Below, piece by piece: positions 1 to 10,100 of a stretch of 64,000 nt of DNA. Both the position numbers and the translations under genes were made by a program. Within the stretch, counting starts at the first letter, position 1; the number at the start of each line of letters is the position of its first letter. The stretch spans positions 1-64,000 of the IMG/VR virus record IMGVR_UViG_3300034073_002641; one strand, 5' to 3'. Under the pieces are notes generated by a model, which was not told where the DNA came from, did not search any database, and saw nothing but the letters and a program-made list of their open reading frames with translations. The DNA comes from an uncultured virus (IMG/VR IMGVR_UViG_3300034073_002641) (lineage: Duplodnaviria; Heunggongvirae; Uroviricota; Caudoviricetes).

Positions 1-534
1 AAGAAGTTAATTGAATCTTATGGTGATTACAAGGATGTTAGAGAACCAATTTTTGAATGTGATATGTCACAAAAGATTGTATCAGAGAGAATGATTCAAT
101 CAGGTGTTCAGTATTTAAATCTTATGAAGGAAAGAGGTGCAGTTCTTCTTGATACAGAAATGGTTCTTGGAGACCCTGAACTTGGGTATGTTGGCCAACC
201 AGATAAGGTGTGGTTAATACCCAATAAAGATAAATCTGATTTTGGTATTATTATCACAGACTGGAAAACAAATAAGGATAAAAGTTTTCAAACAAATGAC
301 TTCACGGAGAAGATGTTTAAACCCTTTGAAAACTACAATAGCACAGCCTTGGAGCATTATTATATCCAGTTGCCACTCTATGGTAGGTTATTACTTAAAA
401 TGCTCTCACAATCAAAATATGGGGCAATTAAGTTATATGGTTGCATTGTTTGTCACTTGAAGAAAGATGGGGGGTTTGTTGAATACCGTGTGCCAAAAGA
501 ATTTAGTGATATTGTTTTTGATTTGGAAATATAG
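1..534 (+). CDS. PD-(D/E)XK exonuclease-like protein, 5' partial
   Basis: Frame is open from base 1; motifs E..(LDTE), GQPD, IITDWKT and Y.IQL.LY. Confidence 0.75.
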   Translation, partial: KKLIESYGDYKDVREPIFECDMSQKIVSERMIQSGVQYLNLMKERGAVLLDTEMVLGDPELGYVGQPDKVWLIPNKDKSDFGIIITDWKTNKDKSFQTNDFTEKMFKPFENYNSTALEHYYIQLPLYGRLLLKMLSQSKYGAIKLYGCIVCHLKKDGGFVEYRVPKEFSDIVFDLEI

Positions 535-555
535 TTAGAAATATTTTCACAGAAG

Positions 556-587
556 TTTGTTTTATTACAATATAGTTCTTATATTTG
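556..587 (+). promoter_or_regulatory. Bacteroidota-type primary sigma promoter (-33 TTTG / -7 TATATTTG)
   Basis: TTTG-N20-TAnnTTTG just upstream of the ORF at 611. Confidence 0.75.
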
Positions 588-610
588 CAATCCAATAAAA
601 ACAAAACAAC

Positions 611-1411
611 ATGACAACCACCACCAATCAATTCAAATATGTAGGACAAGGAATTAAGCCTGAAAACTTCACTTATGTGGGGTATTACACTTCATTTAGA
701 GTGCCAGATGCTGTAGATGGTTATGTTACTGAAACAGAGTTTGAGGTTGATTTTGACAAGATTGGTGTGGATAATCCAAAAGAGTGGATGGGTAATTTTA
801 ATCCAGAGGGTAATAAATGTTCTTGCTGTAATCACAGCATAAAGAGGGGTTCATTCTTCTTGGATAAAGAAACATCAGATTTGATTTATGTTGGGTTTGA
901 CTGTACCAACAACATTATGAAATATACATTTGATGTTCAAGGTATTACCAAACAAACAATGATTCAACGTAAGAGAAGGTTGAAGCAAATTCAAATAGCC
1001 AATATATTGGCTGCTAATGAAAATTTGGAGGAGACATTATCTGTTAATGATAATAAAATTAGAGAGATTGCAAGTAAGTTCTATAGTTCAGGTAAAATTT
1101 CAGAAAAACAGATAGAATTTGTCAAAGTGTTAGCAGAAAGAAGAAGACAATTAGAATTAGTTGCAAATGAGGTTGTTGTAGGGAGATTTAAGGGTGTATT
1201 TAGAGTTCTTTCCTGCAAAGGTATTGTTGATTCTTATAATCATTCAGTTAAATATAAATTATTGATTGAGAATATTGAAGGTAAATGGAAGGCCTATGGC
1301 AATGTAGGTAGTCTTATTGGACTTGGTGAGGAAATTACTGCTACTGCAACATTCAAAAAATCAGATAATGATCCTTTATTTGGGTATTTTAGCAGAATTA
1401 AAGTGTGGTAA
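611..1411 (+). CDS. hypothetical protein with Cys cluster (CSCC...VGFDC)
   Basis: 266-aa ORF behind a promoter. Confidence 0.7.
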   Translation: MTTTTNQFKYVGQGIKPENFTYVGYYTSFRVPDAVDGYVTETEFEVDFDKIGVDNPKEWMGNFNPEGNKCSCCNHSIKRGSFFLDKETSDLIYVGFDCTNNIMKYTFDVQGITKQTMIQRKRRLKQIQIANILAANENLEETLSVNDNKIREIASKFYSSGKISEKQIEFVKVLAERRRQLELVANEVVVGRFKGVFRVLSCKGIVDSYNHSVKYKLLIENIEGKWKAYGNVGSLIGLGEEITATATFKKSDNDPLFGYFSRIKVW

Positions 1412-1459
1412 CATATTGATAGAATGATTTTATTTATCTATACTTATAAAAAAAATAAT

Positions 1460-2245
1460 ATGATAAATAAAATTGTTCATTTCTCTGATTTGCATATACG
1501 ATTATATAAGGATCATGATTTGTTTAGGGAAATATTATCTGAAGCATTTGCACAGTGGGTTGAACTAAAACCAGATAGAATTGTTTTCACAGGAGATTTG
1601 GTGCATAGCAAGAACCAGATGACACCTGAACTTGTGGAATTTATTGCTTGGGTTCTTGAGGAATGCGCAAAGATTAGTAAGACCATTGTTATAATTGGCA
1701 ATCATGATTTCTTGGAAACAAATATGGATAGATTAGATGCTATTACACCTATTGTAGATTCAATAAAAAATCCAAAAATTAGTTACTTAAAGGAACGGGG
1801 GGTGTATGTTGATGAGAATGTAAATTGGTGTGTTTATTCGCTAATGCAACATAACATCCCCCCAGACATCCCAAAGAAGAGTGAGGGGTCAATCAATATA
1901 GGTTTATTCCACGGGGCAATTAAGGGCTTGAAGACAGATGTTGGACATACCATAGAGGATGGATTTGATTCAAATATTTTTGCTGGTTGTGATATTGTTT
2001 TCTGTGGTGATATACACAAGAGAGCCATTTTTGATATACCAGGAAATAAGTCAGCGGTCATGATTGGCGACCTGATTCAACAGAACTTTGGGGAGAGTAT
2101 ATCAAATCATGGTTATGGAATTTATGAGATTGATAAGGATGATTATCAGTTTGTGGATTTGCATAACCCCACCCCTTATTTAAGTTTTAAAATAACTTCA
2201 TATGATGATATTAAAAATGATAATGAAATTTTAACAAATAAATAA
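1460..2245 (+). CDS. sbcD: SbcD/Mre11-like metallophosphoesterase nuclease
   Basis: DLH, GD, GNHD, FHG and GDIH motifs; SbcC-like gene nearby. Confidence 0.85.
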   Translation: MINKIVHFSDLHIRLYKDHDLFREILSEAFAQWVELKPDRIVFTGDLVHSKNQMTPELVEFIAWVLEECAKISKTIVIIGNHDFLETNMDRLDAITPIVDSIKNPKISYLKERGVYVDENVNWCVYSLMQHNIPPDIPKKSEGSINIGLFHGAIKGLKTDVGHTIEDGFDSNIFAGCDIVFCGDIHKRAIFDIPGNKSAVMIGDLIQQNFGESISNHGYGIYEIDKDDYQFVDLHNPTPYLSFKITSYDDIKNDNEILTNK

Positions 2246-2250
2246 AACAA

Positions 2251-2823
2251 ATGAAAACACAAATAATTACCGATGATGTCTTTTTTATTGACATTATAAG
2301 ATATTGTGAAAAGAACAATATCTCTGACATTGATGAATTCACTTCAAAATGTTTAAAATCAGGGTTCTATGTTGAGAAATATGGAATGTTGGGGGAGGAT
2401 TCAAATCTACAAACCAACACAGTTGAAGTGATTAAGGAGGTAGAAAAGATTGTTGAAGTGGAAAAGATTGTTGAAGTTCCTGTTGATAGGGTGGTAGAGA
2501 AGATTGTGGAGGTTATTAAGGAAGTTCCCATATACAAAGAAATAATTAAGGAAGTCCAGACTGGTGGTGTTAGGGTTGAGGTAAAGGAAGTTGAGGTTAT
2601 TAGGGAAGTTCCAATTGTAAAAGAAGTGTATGTTATCAAGGAAGTACCTGGGGATAATGAGGAATTGCAGAATGAGTTGAATGATGTCAAGATGACATTA
2701 AATGCTGTCAGTGATGAATTGAGAAATAAAAACAAAATTATAGAAGACTACCGTAGATTAGTTGCTGAAATGTCAGCACAACCTACTAGATTTCATAGAA
2801 CATCAAACATTAAAATTAGATAA
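2251..2823 (+). CDS. hypothetical protein with V/E/K-rich repeats (EVEKIVEV, KEVP) and coiled coil
   Basis: Repeats visible in the translation. Confidence 0.7.
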   Translation: MKTQIITDDVFFIDIIRYCEKNNISDIDEFTSKCLKSGFYVEKYGMLGEDSNLQTNTVEVIKEVEKIVEVEKIVEVPVDRVVEKIVEVIKEVPIYKEIIKEVQTGGVRVEVKEVEVIREVPIVKEVYVIKEVPGDNEELQNELNDVKMTLNAVSDELRNKNKIIEDYRRLVAEMSAQPTRFHRTSNIKIR

Positions 2824-2824
2824 T

Positions 2825-3163
2825 ATGGATATTTTTATTTGGGCTTTTGCAAGTTATGGTCTTATGAACATAATGGTTTATGGATCAATATTCTCTGGAT
2901 TAAGAGATTTTATAAACAATGTGGGGAAAAGGGATTGGTTAATCATATCCCCCATCTTCAAGTTCCTTTATGGGATTATATCTTGTCCAATGTGTTTTAG
3001 CACTTGGGGTGGATTTTTCTTGGGGTTTTTCATATATTCCCCAACTATGACTTATTTTGGATTATGCTATGAAGCCTCTTGGTTTTTTGATGGTATTTTA
3101 TCATCTGGCATTGTTTGGGCAATAAACGCCATTATTGAATCATATGAAAACAAATCAAATTAG
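2825..3163 (+). CDS. small membrane protein with CxxC (DUF1360-like)
   Basis: Hydrophobic segments; CPMCFSTW; start taken at MDIFIW. Confidence 0.55.
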   Translation: MDIFIWAFASYGLMNIMVYGSIFSGLRDFINNVGKRDWLIISPIFKFLYGIISCPMCFSTWGGFFLGFFIYSPTMTYFGLCYEASWFFDGILSSGIVWAINAIIESYENKSN

Positions 3164-3164
3164 T

Positions 3165-5483
3165 ATGAGTGAAAAGGTATGGAGGAATCCAAACATAAGG
3201 GTTATATGGGAGGATTATCCTGAAAATATCACCCAAGAGAAAATTAAAGATGTTCGTCAATATTTTTCAAAAAAGTATGGCACATCAAGTGTTAATGTTA
3301 TCACAAAAGTTAAATATGAGGATAAGGTATTACAATCTGTGGATGTTTCATCAAACATAATGGATGTGAATTATCAGAATAACCTTATTAAGAATTTGCT
3401 TGAAACAAATGGTAATGGTGAGTTGTATGATAAAATCATGGATATTAATAAGGCTGTTGAGAATAAATTGGTTTTAGAAAACCAAGAACCAACACAATTT
3501 AATAAGTGGTATATCAAAAAGATTAATTTTAGCAATTTTCTTTCATTTGGTGAAAATCAAGAATTGGATTTTGACAAGTTAAATGGTATTACCATTGTTG
3601 AATCAACTCCACAGAATACTGGGGGTAAGACCACCTTAACAATTGATTTATTATTATTCTTGTTTTTCAATACCACAACCAAGAGTAGCAAGGCAGAGGA
3701 TATATTTAACAAGTTCACAAGTAAGGATCAGGTTTCAGTTACTGGATATATTATCATTGATGGTGAGGAATATGTTATATCCAGGAATATGGAAAGGAAG
3801 ATGAGTAAGAGTGGGGAATGGAAGGTTAAAACAGAACTATCATTTGATAAGAAGTTAAAGAATGGGGAATTACAGAACTTAAAGGGTGAACAAAGAAGGG
3901 AAACAGAAATCTTTATCAAGAATACTATTGGGAATATGGATGACTTCTTGGCCACCATTTTAACAACTGGAAACAATCTTGAAGATTTGTTGGAATCAAA
4001 ACCCACAGCAAGGGGTCAGTTATTGGGTCGTTTCTTGGGGTTAGAACATTTGAAAAAGAAGGAGGATCTTGGTAAAGAAGTTTATCAAGAGTTTTCAAAA
4101 AGGATGTTCTCAAATGTGTATAATGTTGAGAAACTAAAATCAGAAAATTTGGGATTGATTGAAGAGGTGAATGAATTAAAAATAAATCTTGATAAGTTAA
4201 ACATTGAAATAAAAGATTATGATGAAAGATTGGCTAAAGGTAATCAGTATAAAAATGAATTATATACTTCAAAACATTCTGATATTGATAAGGAACTTTT
4301 GATTGTAAACCAGGAATCATTAGAGAAGGACATTATTGCATTAAATACAAATAATGCCAAATTAAATGAAATGATTGATACTATATCAAATGATAAACCA
4401 TCAACATTTTATGAGGAAGATGAGCATGATAGTTTGAAGGAGGAGATTATGGAAACTAAACTGGAAAAGCAACTTGCAAAATCGAAGGTGGATGAAATCA
4501 CCAAATTAATACAGACTTATGGTAACGGTATTCAATGTGAACATTGTGGGTTAAACTTAATTGATGCAGAATTTACAAAAGCAAAAGTTGAATCATTGGA
4601 GGAACATAAGAATAATTACAAAATTATATCAGATAAGGTAATTGAACTTGAACTTAAAAATGAAGAACTTAACAAGTTAAAGAAAGAATTTGATAATTAT
4701 GAGAAAAATAAATTGGTAATTAAGAAACATCAGTTATCTTTGGAGGGTAATATGTTAAAATTATCCCAGTTGGAAAGTAAGATGAAAAATTATTTGGAGG
4801 TTCAGGAGAAGATTAAGAAGAATAATCAAATTGATGCTTTAATCATAAAGGCTAATAGTAAGATTGATGAATTAACATATGAGAAGAATAAATTAGCAAA
4901 AGAAATCAATGGGATTGAAATTAAGATTTCAAATTATCAAGATAAGAGGGATAAGAATATAACCATTATTGATACCATATATAAGGAACAAGAGGAAGAG
5001 AAGAAGTATAAGATTTATCTGGATTTATTTGGTAAAAATGGCATTTCAAAAATGATTATGAAAACAATGCTACCAGTTATCAATTCTGAATTACAAAGGT
5101 TATTATTGGATGTGTGTTATTTTACCCTTGATGTTAGAGTTAATGATAAGAATGAGGTTGAATTTATTATGATTGATAATAATACAGGTGTTGAAAAACT
5201 AATGACAACAGGATCTGGGTATGAGAAAACAGTTGCATCATTGGCATTGAGAGCAGTTTTAAGCAAGGTTTGCTCATTACCAAAACCAAATATCTGGGTT
5301 GCAGATGAGGTATTTGGGAAAGTATCAAATGAAAGTTTAGATATGATGGGAGAATTTTTTATCAGATTAAAGAGTTATTTTGAGAAAATATTGTTAATTT
5401 CGCACAACCCTTTAATTAGTAATTGGGGTGAATCAAAAATAATTGTTGAAAAGAAAAATAATGTGTCAAAAGTTTTGATTTAA
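3165..5483 (+). CDS. sbcC: SbcC/Rad50 SMC-type ATPase
   Basis: NFLSFG, Walker A GGKTT, coiled coils, CEHC zinc hook, GSGYE signature, DEVFG Walker B, ISH. Confidence 0.9.
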   Translation: MSEKVWRNPNIRVIWEDYPENITQEKIKDVRQYFSKKYGTSSVNVITKVKYEDKVLQSVDVSSNIMDVNYQNNLIKNLLETNGNGELYDKIMDINKAVENKLVLENQEPTQFNKWYIKKINFSNFLSFGENQELDFDKLNGITIVESTPQNTGGKTTLTIDLLLFLFFNTTTKSSKAEDIFNKFTSKDQVSVTGYIIIDGEEYVISRNMERKMSKSGEWKVKTELSFDKKLKNGELQNLKGEQRRETEIFIKNTIGNMDDFLATILTTGNNLEDLLESKPTARGQLLGRFLGLEHLKKKEDLGKEVYQEFSKRMFSNVYNVEKLKSENLGLIEEVNELKINLDKLNIEIKDYDERLAKGNQYKNELYTSKHSDIDKELLIVNQESLEKDIIALNTNNAKLNEMIDTISNDKPSTFYEEDEHDSLKEEIMETKLEKQLAKSKVDEITKLIQTYGNGIQCEHCGLNLIDAEFTKAKVESLEEHKNNYKIISDKVIELELKNEELNKLKKEFDNYEKNKLVIKKHQLSLEGNMLKLSQLESKMKNYLEVQEKIKKNNQIDALIIKANSKIDELTYEKNKLAKEINGIEIKISNYQDKRDKNITIIDTIYKEQEEEKKYKIYLDLFGKNGISKMIMKTMLPVINSELQRLLLDVCYFTLDVRVNDKNEVEFIMIDNNTGVEKLMTTGSGYEKTVASLALRAVLSKVCSLPKPNIWVADEVFGKVSNESLDMMGEFFIRLKSYFEKILLISHNPLISNWGESKIIVEKKNNVSKVLI

Positions 5484-5516
5484 CCAAAAACACCTTATCT
5501 TTGCAAAAAAAAAGGA

Positions 5517-6002
5517 ATGAAGAACTACAACTTAACCATTTATCAGGCTAACAAGAAATTTGATATTGATTCATTTTTTGAGGATTTTTCAGAGGTGTCA
5601 GATACAGAACCACTTGTAACTAGAGTGGGTGACAGCACAATTATGATTTTTGGATCAGAAGTTGAAACACTTGATTTGGCTACTTTTCTCACTAGTGTTT
5701 TAGGTCATTTATGCTATGGATTTACATTGCTTGAATTGGGGGATACTTATGCTGCATTTTTCCCTATGGATAACTTTAATGACTTAGGATTAGATGATAT
5801 GCCAAAAGATTTGCAGAAATCAAGAAAACCATTCTTGGGTGTATTAAAGACTGACAATTTAACCAAGATTTTTTCACAAGCTACAGAAGGGGCATCAGAG
5901 GATAACTTGGATGCTATTTTGGAGAAAATCTCAAGTAGGGGTATGGAATCACTTACAACAATGGAAAAAGAATTATTAAAAAACTTCTCAAAACAAAACT
6001 AA
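5517..6002 (+). CDS. hypothetical protein with C-terminal LDAILEKIS..G..SLT..EK domain (DUF6576-like)
   Basis: Promoter TATCTTTG at 5496; the same motif recurs in the ORF at 54342. Confidence 0.6.
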   Translation: MKNYNLTIYQANKKFDIDSFFEDFSEVSDTEPLVTRVGDSTIMIFGSEVETLDLATFLTSVLGHLCYGFTLLELGDTYAAFFPMDNFNDLGLDDMPKDLQKSRKPFLGVLKTDNLTKIFSQATEGASEDNLDAILEKISSRGMESLTTMEKELLKNFSKQN

Positions 6003-6003
6003 A

Positions 6004-6804
6004 ATGAAAGGACAGAAAAACACATTAATGATTAATCAGAGTGAAATTTCTTCATATTTAAAAGATGTAAGGAAGTTGAAAGTTATGACTATTGAAAAGG
6101 AGAGGGAGTTGGCAAAGATTATGTTAAATCCAGATGTGACTCAATTTGAAAAGAATAAGGTTAAGAAAGAATTGGTTGAAGGTAATTTAAGATTTGTTAT
6201 TAGTGTTTGTAAGCAATACCAAAACCAAGGTTTGGATTTACCTGATTTAATTGCAGAGGGTAATTATGGTTTACTAAAGGCTATTGACAAGTTTGATTGG
6301 TCAAAGAATTTGAGGTTCATATCATATGGCGTGTGGTGGATTAAACAGGCTATTATTGAGAGTTTGAATGATAATGCAAGGACAATTAGGTTACCTGTTA
6401 ACATTGTTCAAGAATATCATAAGATTAAGAAATTCTTGCATGAATTTGACAATACAACACCAGCAAAATTTAATAATCTACCACACACAATTGACCTAGA
6501 TTCAACTTTAAATGAGGATGGGGATACATTACTAAACCTCATTAAGAATGAGAATGCTGACAACCCAGAGGATGTATTTAGTACAAAACAAATATTGAGG
6601 GAAAAACTTCTTAATATTCTTTGTTTGTTAGATACCAGGGAAAAAGTGATTATTGAAGATTATTTTGGATTAAATGGTTCAATGAGAACATTGGAAGAAA
6701 TTGGTGGCGAATTCAACCTTACAAAAGAGAGAGTTCGTCAAATAAAAGAAAAAGCACTTAAAAAACTTAGAAATGAGTCAAAAGTACTTTTTGAGTATAT
6801 TTAA
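6004..6804 (+). CDS. RNA polymerase sigma-70 family factor (RpoD/RpoS-like)
   Basis: NLRFVISV, DLIAEGNYGL, FISYGVWWIKQAI, RTIRLP, TLEEIG..FNLTKERVRQI. Confidence 0.95.
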   Translation: MKGQKNTLMINQSEISSYLKDVRKLKVMTIEKERELAKIMLNPDVTQFEKNKVKKELVEGNLRFVISVCKQYQNQGLDLPDLIAEGNYGLLKAIDKFDWSKNLRFISYGVWWIKQAIIESLNDNARTIRLPVNIVQEYHKIKKFLHEFDNTTPAKFNNLPHTIDLDSTLNEDGDTLLNLIKNENADNPEDVFSTKQILREKLLNILCLLDTREKVIIEDYFGLNGSMRTLEEIGGEFNLTKERVRQIKEKALKKLRNESKVLFEYI

Positions 6805-6821
6805 AAATAAAAAAAACTAAC

Positions 6822-7106
6822 ATGGAAAACTTTAAAAAATTCTTATCAAAAAACTTTACTTTAATTGTTTTCATTTTTTTGATTATTGGCTGGTTGAAAG
6901 GCTGTGGAGATAGCAAAGAACTGGGTAAAATAAATGATGACATTAAAGCAATTAAAGATTCAACTTACACCAAGACAGAATTGGATAAACAATTGAAAAT
7001 TATGAGCCTTGAAACAGAAAAGAGATTTATTCAATCAACTGATCGTAAAATCTTAGATGTTAATAGACAGGCTCAAATTGATTTAGAACTAGAAAACCTT
7101 AAATAA
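6822..7106 (+). CDS. small membrane-anchored protein
   Basis: N-terminal hydrophobic segment followed by LKGC. Confidence 0.6.
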   Translation: MENFKKFLSKNFTLIVFIFLIIGWLKGCGDSKELGKINDDIKAIKDSTYTKTELDKQLKIMSLETEKRFIQSTDRKILDVNRQAQIDLELENLK

Positions 7107-8005
7107 TGAATATTTTTAGTAGAAATTTAGAGAGAATAGTATATTTTGCATTCTTGGTCCCAATTATTACTGTGGCAATTGTATCAATATCACATGTAAC
7201 TAGTTGGTATGGGTTAACTAATAATTCTACTTGGTCCATTTATTTATCTTTTGGTGTGGAGATAGCAGCATTGGCAGCATTAGCTGCTATCTCTGTTAAT
7301 ATGGGTAAAAATGTGTATATACCATTTGGCATTGTTACAATGATACAACTTATTGGTAATATATTTTATTCATATCAATATATAGATGAGGCTTCAGAAG
7401 AATTTAAAGATTGGGTTGAGTTGTCAAACATTTTCTTTCAATATATAATTGATGAGAATGATATTGTTGGGCATAAAAGGCTTTTAGCTGTTTTTTCTGG
7501 TGGACTTTTGCCTATAATATCTTTAACCTTTTTACATATGCTTGTTAAATTAAGGGATCAAACTAAAAATGAAATTGAAACCCCCAATCAAGTTATCACT
7601 GACGAGGAGTTAGAGAGGTTAAGTACTGAGGCTGGAAAGATGGAAGCCCAGGAACAACAAAAGGTTTATGTGCCAACACAAGATGATTTAGATAAGTTAG
7701 AAAAATATCTTGATAACTTGACAAAAAACAAACCAACATTACCTTTTGAAAAAGAAGTTCCTGAAGTGGTTGCTCCATTATCAGTAGATGAGTTACCAAA
7801 ACCAACCAAGAGAAGTTACAAACCAAGGGTTACTCCAACATTATTAGAAGATACATTATTGAGTGATGATGCTATTGAAGCCCCAAAACCAAAGGCAAGT
7901 AGAAGGAAAAAGATAAATTTAAATTTAGGTGATTTAAGTGATAATCCTGATGAAGTGAATAGACTAACATATAGAAAGAGAGATGCTGAAGATAATGAAT
8001 TATGA
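7106..8005 (+). CDS. multi-pass membrane protein with disordered C-terminus
   Basis: About four hydrophobic helices; adjacent to the amidase. Confidence 0.65.
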   Translation: MNIFSRNLERIVYFAFLVPIITVAIVSISHVTSWYGLTNNSTWSIYLSFGVEIAALAALAAISVNMGKNVYIPFGIVTMIQLIGNIFYSYQYIDEASEEFKDWVELSNIFFQYIIDENDIVGHKRLLAVFSGGLLPIISLTFLHMLVKLRDQTKNEIETPNQVITDEELERLSTEAGKMEAQEQQKVYVPTQDDLDKLEKYLDNLTKNKPTLPFEKEVPEVVAPLSVDELPKPTKRSYKPRVTPTLLEDTLLSDDAIEAPKPKASRRKKINLNLGDLSDNPDEVNRLTYRKRDAEDNEL

Positions 8006-8585
8006 TGGGTTCAAACCATTAGGAAAACAGAAGAATAAAAACAAAATAATACTAATTAATACATTTAGGGATATCAAGGGCTACTTGGTATCCCTAAAAT
8101 ATAGGCATAATGGGGAGTATGATAAGATACCTAATTATGTAATAACTAAGAAGGGAGATATTTTGCAATTATTGGGGGATTCTGGGTATTCAAATATGTT
8201 TGATGATAAGTTGTTAAATTATAATTCCATTGTTATTGCAATTGAAAATTTGGGTTGGTTGGAAAAAAATCAAGATAGAGGAATGAATATTAATTGGATT
8301 GGCGATATTTATAATGGTGAACCCTATTATAAGAAATGGAGGGATTATGATTTTTGGGATGTTTATACAGAAGCCCAGATGAATAGTTTAGCTTCTTTGT
8401 GTTCTAAAATTTGTGATAAAATGAAGATTAATAAAAAATTTATAGGGCATAACATAAAGACAGATATTAGTTCAAAATTTAATGGAATATTAAGTAGAAG
8501 TAATATATATAAATCTTACACTGATGTATCACCATCTTTTGATATAAAACTTTTTGAAAAAAAATTAGACAATGATAGAAAATAG
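7983..8585 (+). CDS. N-acetylmuramoyl-L-alanine amidase-like protein (Zn ligands look degenerate)
   Basis: YVI..KG.I.QL, SIVIAIEN.G, YTEAQ..SL..L, DVSP.F; the usual His ligands are not obvious. Confidence 0.6.
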   Translation: MLKIMNYDGFKPLGKQKNKNKIILINTFRDIKGYLVSLKYRHNGEYDKIPNYVITKKGDILQLLGDSGYSNMFDDKLLNYNSIVIAIENLGWLEKNQDRGMNINWIGDIYNGEPYYKKWRDYDFWDVYTEAQMNSLASLCSKICDKMKINKKFIGHNIKTDISSKFNGILSRSNIYKSYTDVSPSFDIKLFEKKLDNDRK

Positions 8586-9159
8586 TTATGATGAGATGAA
8601 ATCTCTCTTAAAGAAATCAAAATTTTTATTTGAGCAATCCTCAGATTTTGGGAGGATTAATACAGCAGATAGCATTTCAAATAAGATACGTAGTAGTGTT
8701 TCTGGTGATGCCACAGTAGGGGGTGAAGAAGAAGATGAAATTAACCAGCAAGGTGTTAGGACTTCAAAGAGTTCAAGTAAACAACAGAAATATAAGATAT
8801 CTGGTGGTATCTTTGTTTTACATGGTGACACAAGATCAGAGGTTGATAATATAACAACAGATGATAAATCTTCATTCCAGGAAACAATGGATGAATTTGT
8901 TGAGGAAGTTTCTGATTTGGTTGATTTTGATGAACTTCATTTGTATAAGAATAGTGTTGAGTGGGGTGGTAAATTAATAGATGATAACATTACATTCTTA
9001 TATACAATTGGTGAGAATGGTGGCGTGTATATAAGTGCTGATATTGTAAAAATAGATGAGGACTTTTTAAGTATTATAACAAAATTGGAGCAGTATTATC
9101 AAAAATTTAAATCAAAATGGTCAAAAATGTTAGCAATCAGAAAGAAAACACCAAATTAA
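8572..9159 (+). CDS. hypothetical protein
   Basis: 195-aa ORF overlapping its neighbours. Confidence 0.65.
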   Translation: MIENSYDEMKSLLKKSKFLFEQSSDFGRINTADSISNKIRSSVSGDATVGGEEEDEINQQGVRTSKSSSKQQKYKISGGIFVLHGDTRSEVDNITTDDKSSFQETMDEFVEEVSDLVDFDELHLYKNSVEWGGKLIDDNITFLYTIGENGGVYISADIVKIDEDFLSIITKLEQYYQKFKSKWSKMLAIRKKTPN

Positions 9160-9527
9160 GTGGAGTCTTCAATGATTTTTTAAATATTTTACTAAAACTT
9201 ATGTTGGTAGTATTTTTGATATTCTTTGGTATATCAATATATAAATCAACTGAACCAAAAGTTAAACTTGATGATAAGACAAATCAAAAAATTGTTGATT
9301 TGGATGAATCTAATAAGAGGATTGAGGGTAATCAAAAACTTTTAGAAGAAAAAATTGATAAATATTTTTTAGAGATTAATGAAATTGATAAGAATATAAA
9401 AGATATAAATAGCAAAAAAGAGATAGTTAGAAGATTTTATTATGAAAAGGTTATATCCATTGATACTTTTAATATGGCTGCCATTGATAGTTTTTTCACA
9501 AGTAGATACAGTTTCAATCCAAACTAA
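9117..9527 (+). CDS. membrane-anchored coiled-coil protein (possibly spanin-like)
   Basis: One transmembrane segment plus coiled coil; overlaps the next gene. Confidence 0.45.
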   Translation: MVKNVSNQKENTKLSGVFNDFLNILLKLMLVVFLIFFGISIYKSTEPKVKLDDKTNQKIVDLDESNKRIEGNQKLLEEKIDKYFLEINEIDKNIKDINSKKEIVRRFYYEKVISIDTFNMAAIDSFFTSRYSFNPN

Positions 9528-9855
9528 AACATTTCCAATAGCCATTGTTAGGGAAATAGCAAAAGATTTGGTTCGTTATGATTCTGTGAAGAATGAGTTA
9601 TTGATTGTTAATCACATAGCTATTCAAAATGAAAAGAAATTATTTTTGAAGGATTCATTATTATTCTCATATATTGAAAAAGAAGAGAAATATAAAGAAA
9701 TTATCAAAATTCAAAATGAGAAGTATGACATACTTAATGAAAGTTACATAAATAATAATAATTTATTAAAAAAGCAAAAAGTGAAAAACACTATAAATCA
9801 AATCCTAGTAGGGTTATCCGTATTTGGGTTTACATATTCTATAATTTTTAAGTAA
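9442..9855 (+). CDS. signal-peptide coiled-coil protein with C-terminal hydrophobic tail
   Basis: MKRLYPLILLIWLPLIVFSQ signal peptide. Confidence 0.55.
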   Translation: MKRLYPLILLIWLPLIVFSQVDTVSIQTKTFPIAIVREIAKDLVRYDSVKNELLIVNHIAIQNEKKLFLKDSLLFSYIEKEEKYKEIIKIQNEKYDILNESYINNNNLLKKQKVKNTINQILVGLSVFGFTYSIIFK

Positions 9856-10100
9856 TGGCACTAACACAATCTGAAAAAAAGGAGATTGAAACTATAACAA
9901 GAAAGGAAATTAAAGACTTCTTTGAAAGTAGTACACTATCCCAGTATGAAAATAAACTCATTGAAAAGTTACAGAAAGAGTTTAGGAGAGGTAAATTTGA
10001 GGGAGAGGTTAAAGACATAACAGTTAAAATGTTTAGGGAATTTTATCAGTTTATGTGGCAGAATAGGAGTTATTGGGAACCAAAATTAAAAAATGCATAA
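9855..10100 (+). CDS. hypothetical protein
   Basis: TAATG-coupled ORF. Confidence 0.6.
   Translation: MALTQSEKKEIETITRKEIKDFFESSTLSQYENKLIEKLQKEFRRGKFEGEVKDITVKMFREFYQFMWQNRSYWEPKLKNA

Noticed and set aside
2440..2650. VEKIVEV repeats as a distinct DNA repeat element
   Set aside because: This is an ordinary low-complexity protein repeat.
6822..9855. Complete lysis cassette
   Set aside because: The amidase lacks clear Zn ligands, and holin or spanin roles cannot be assigned from sequence alone.
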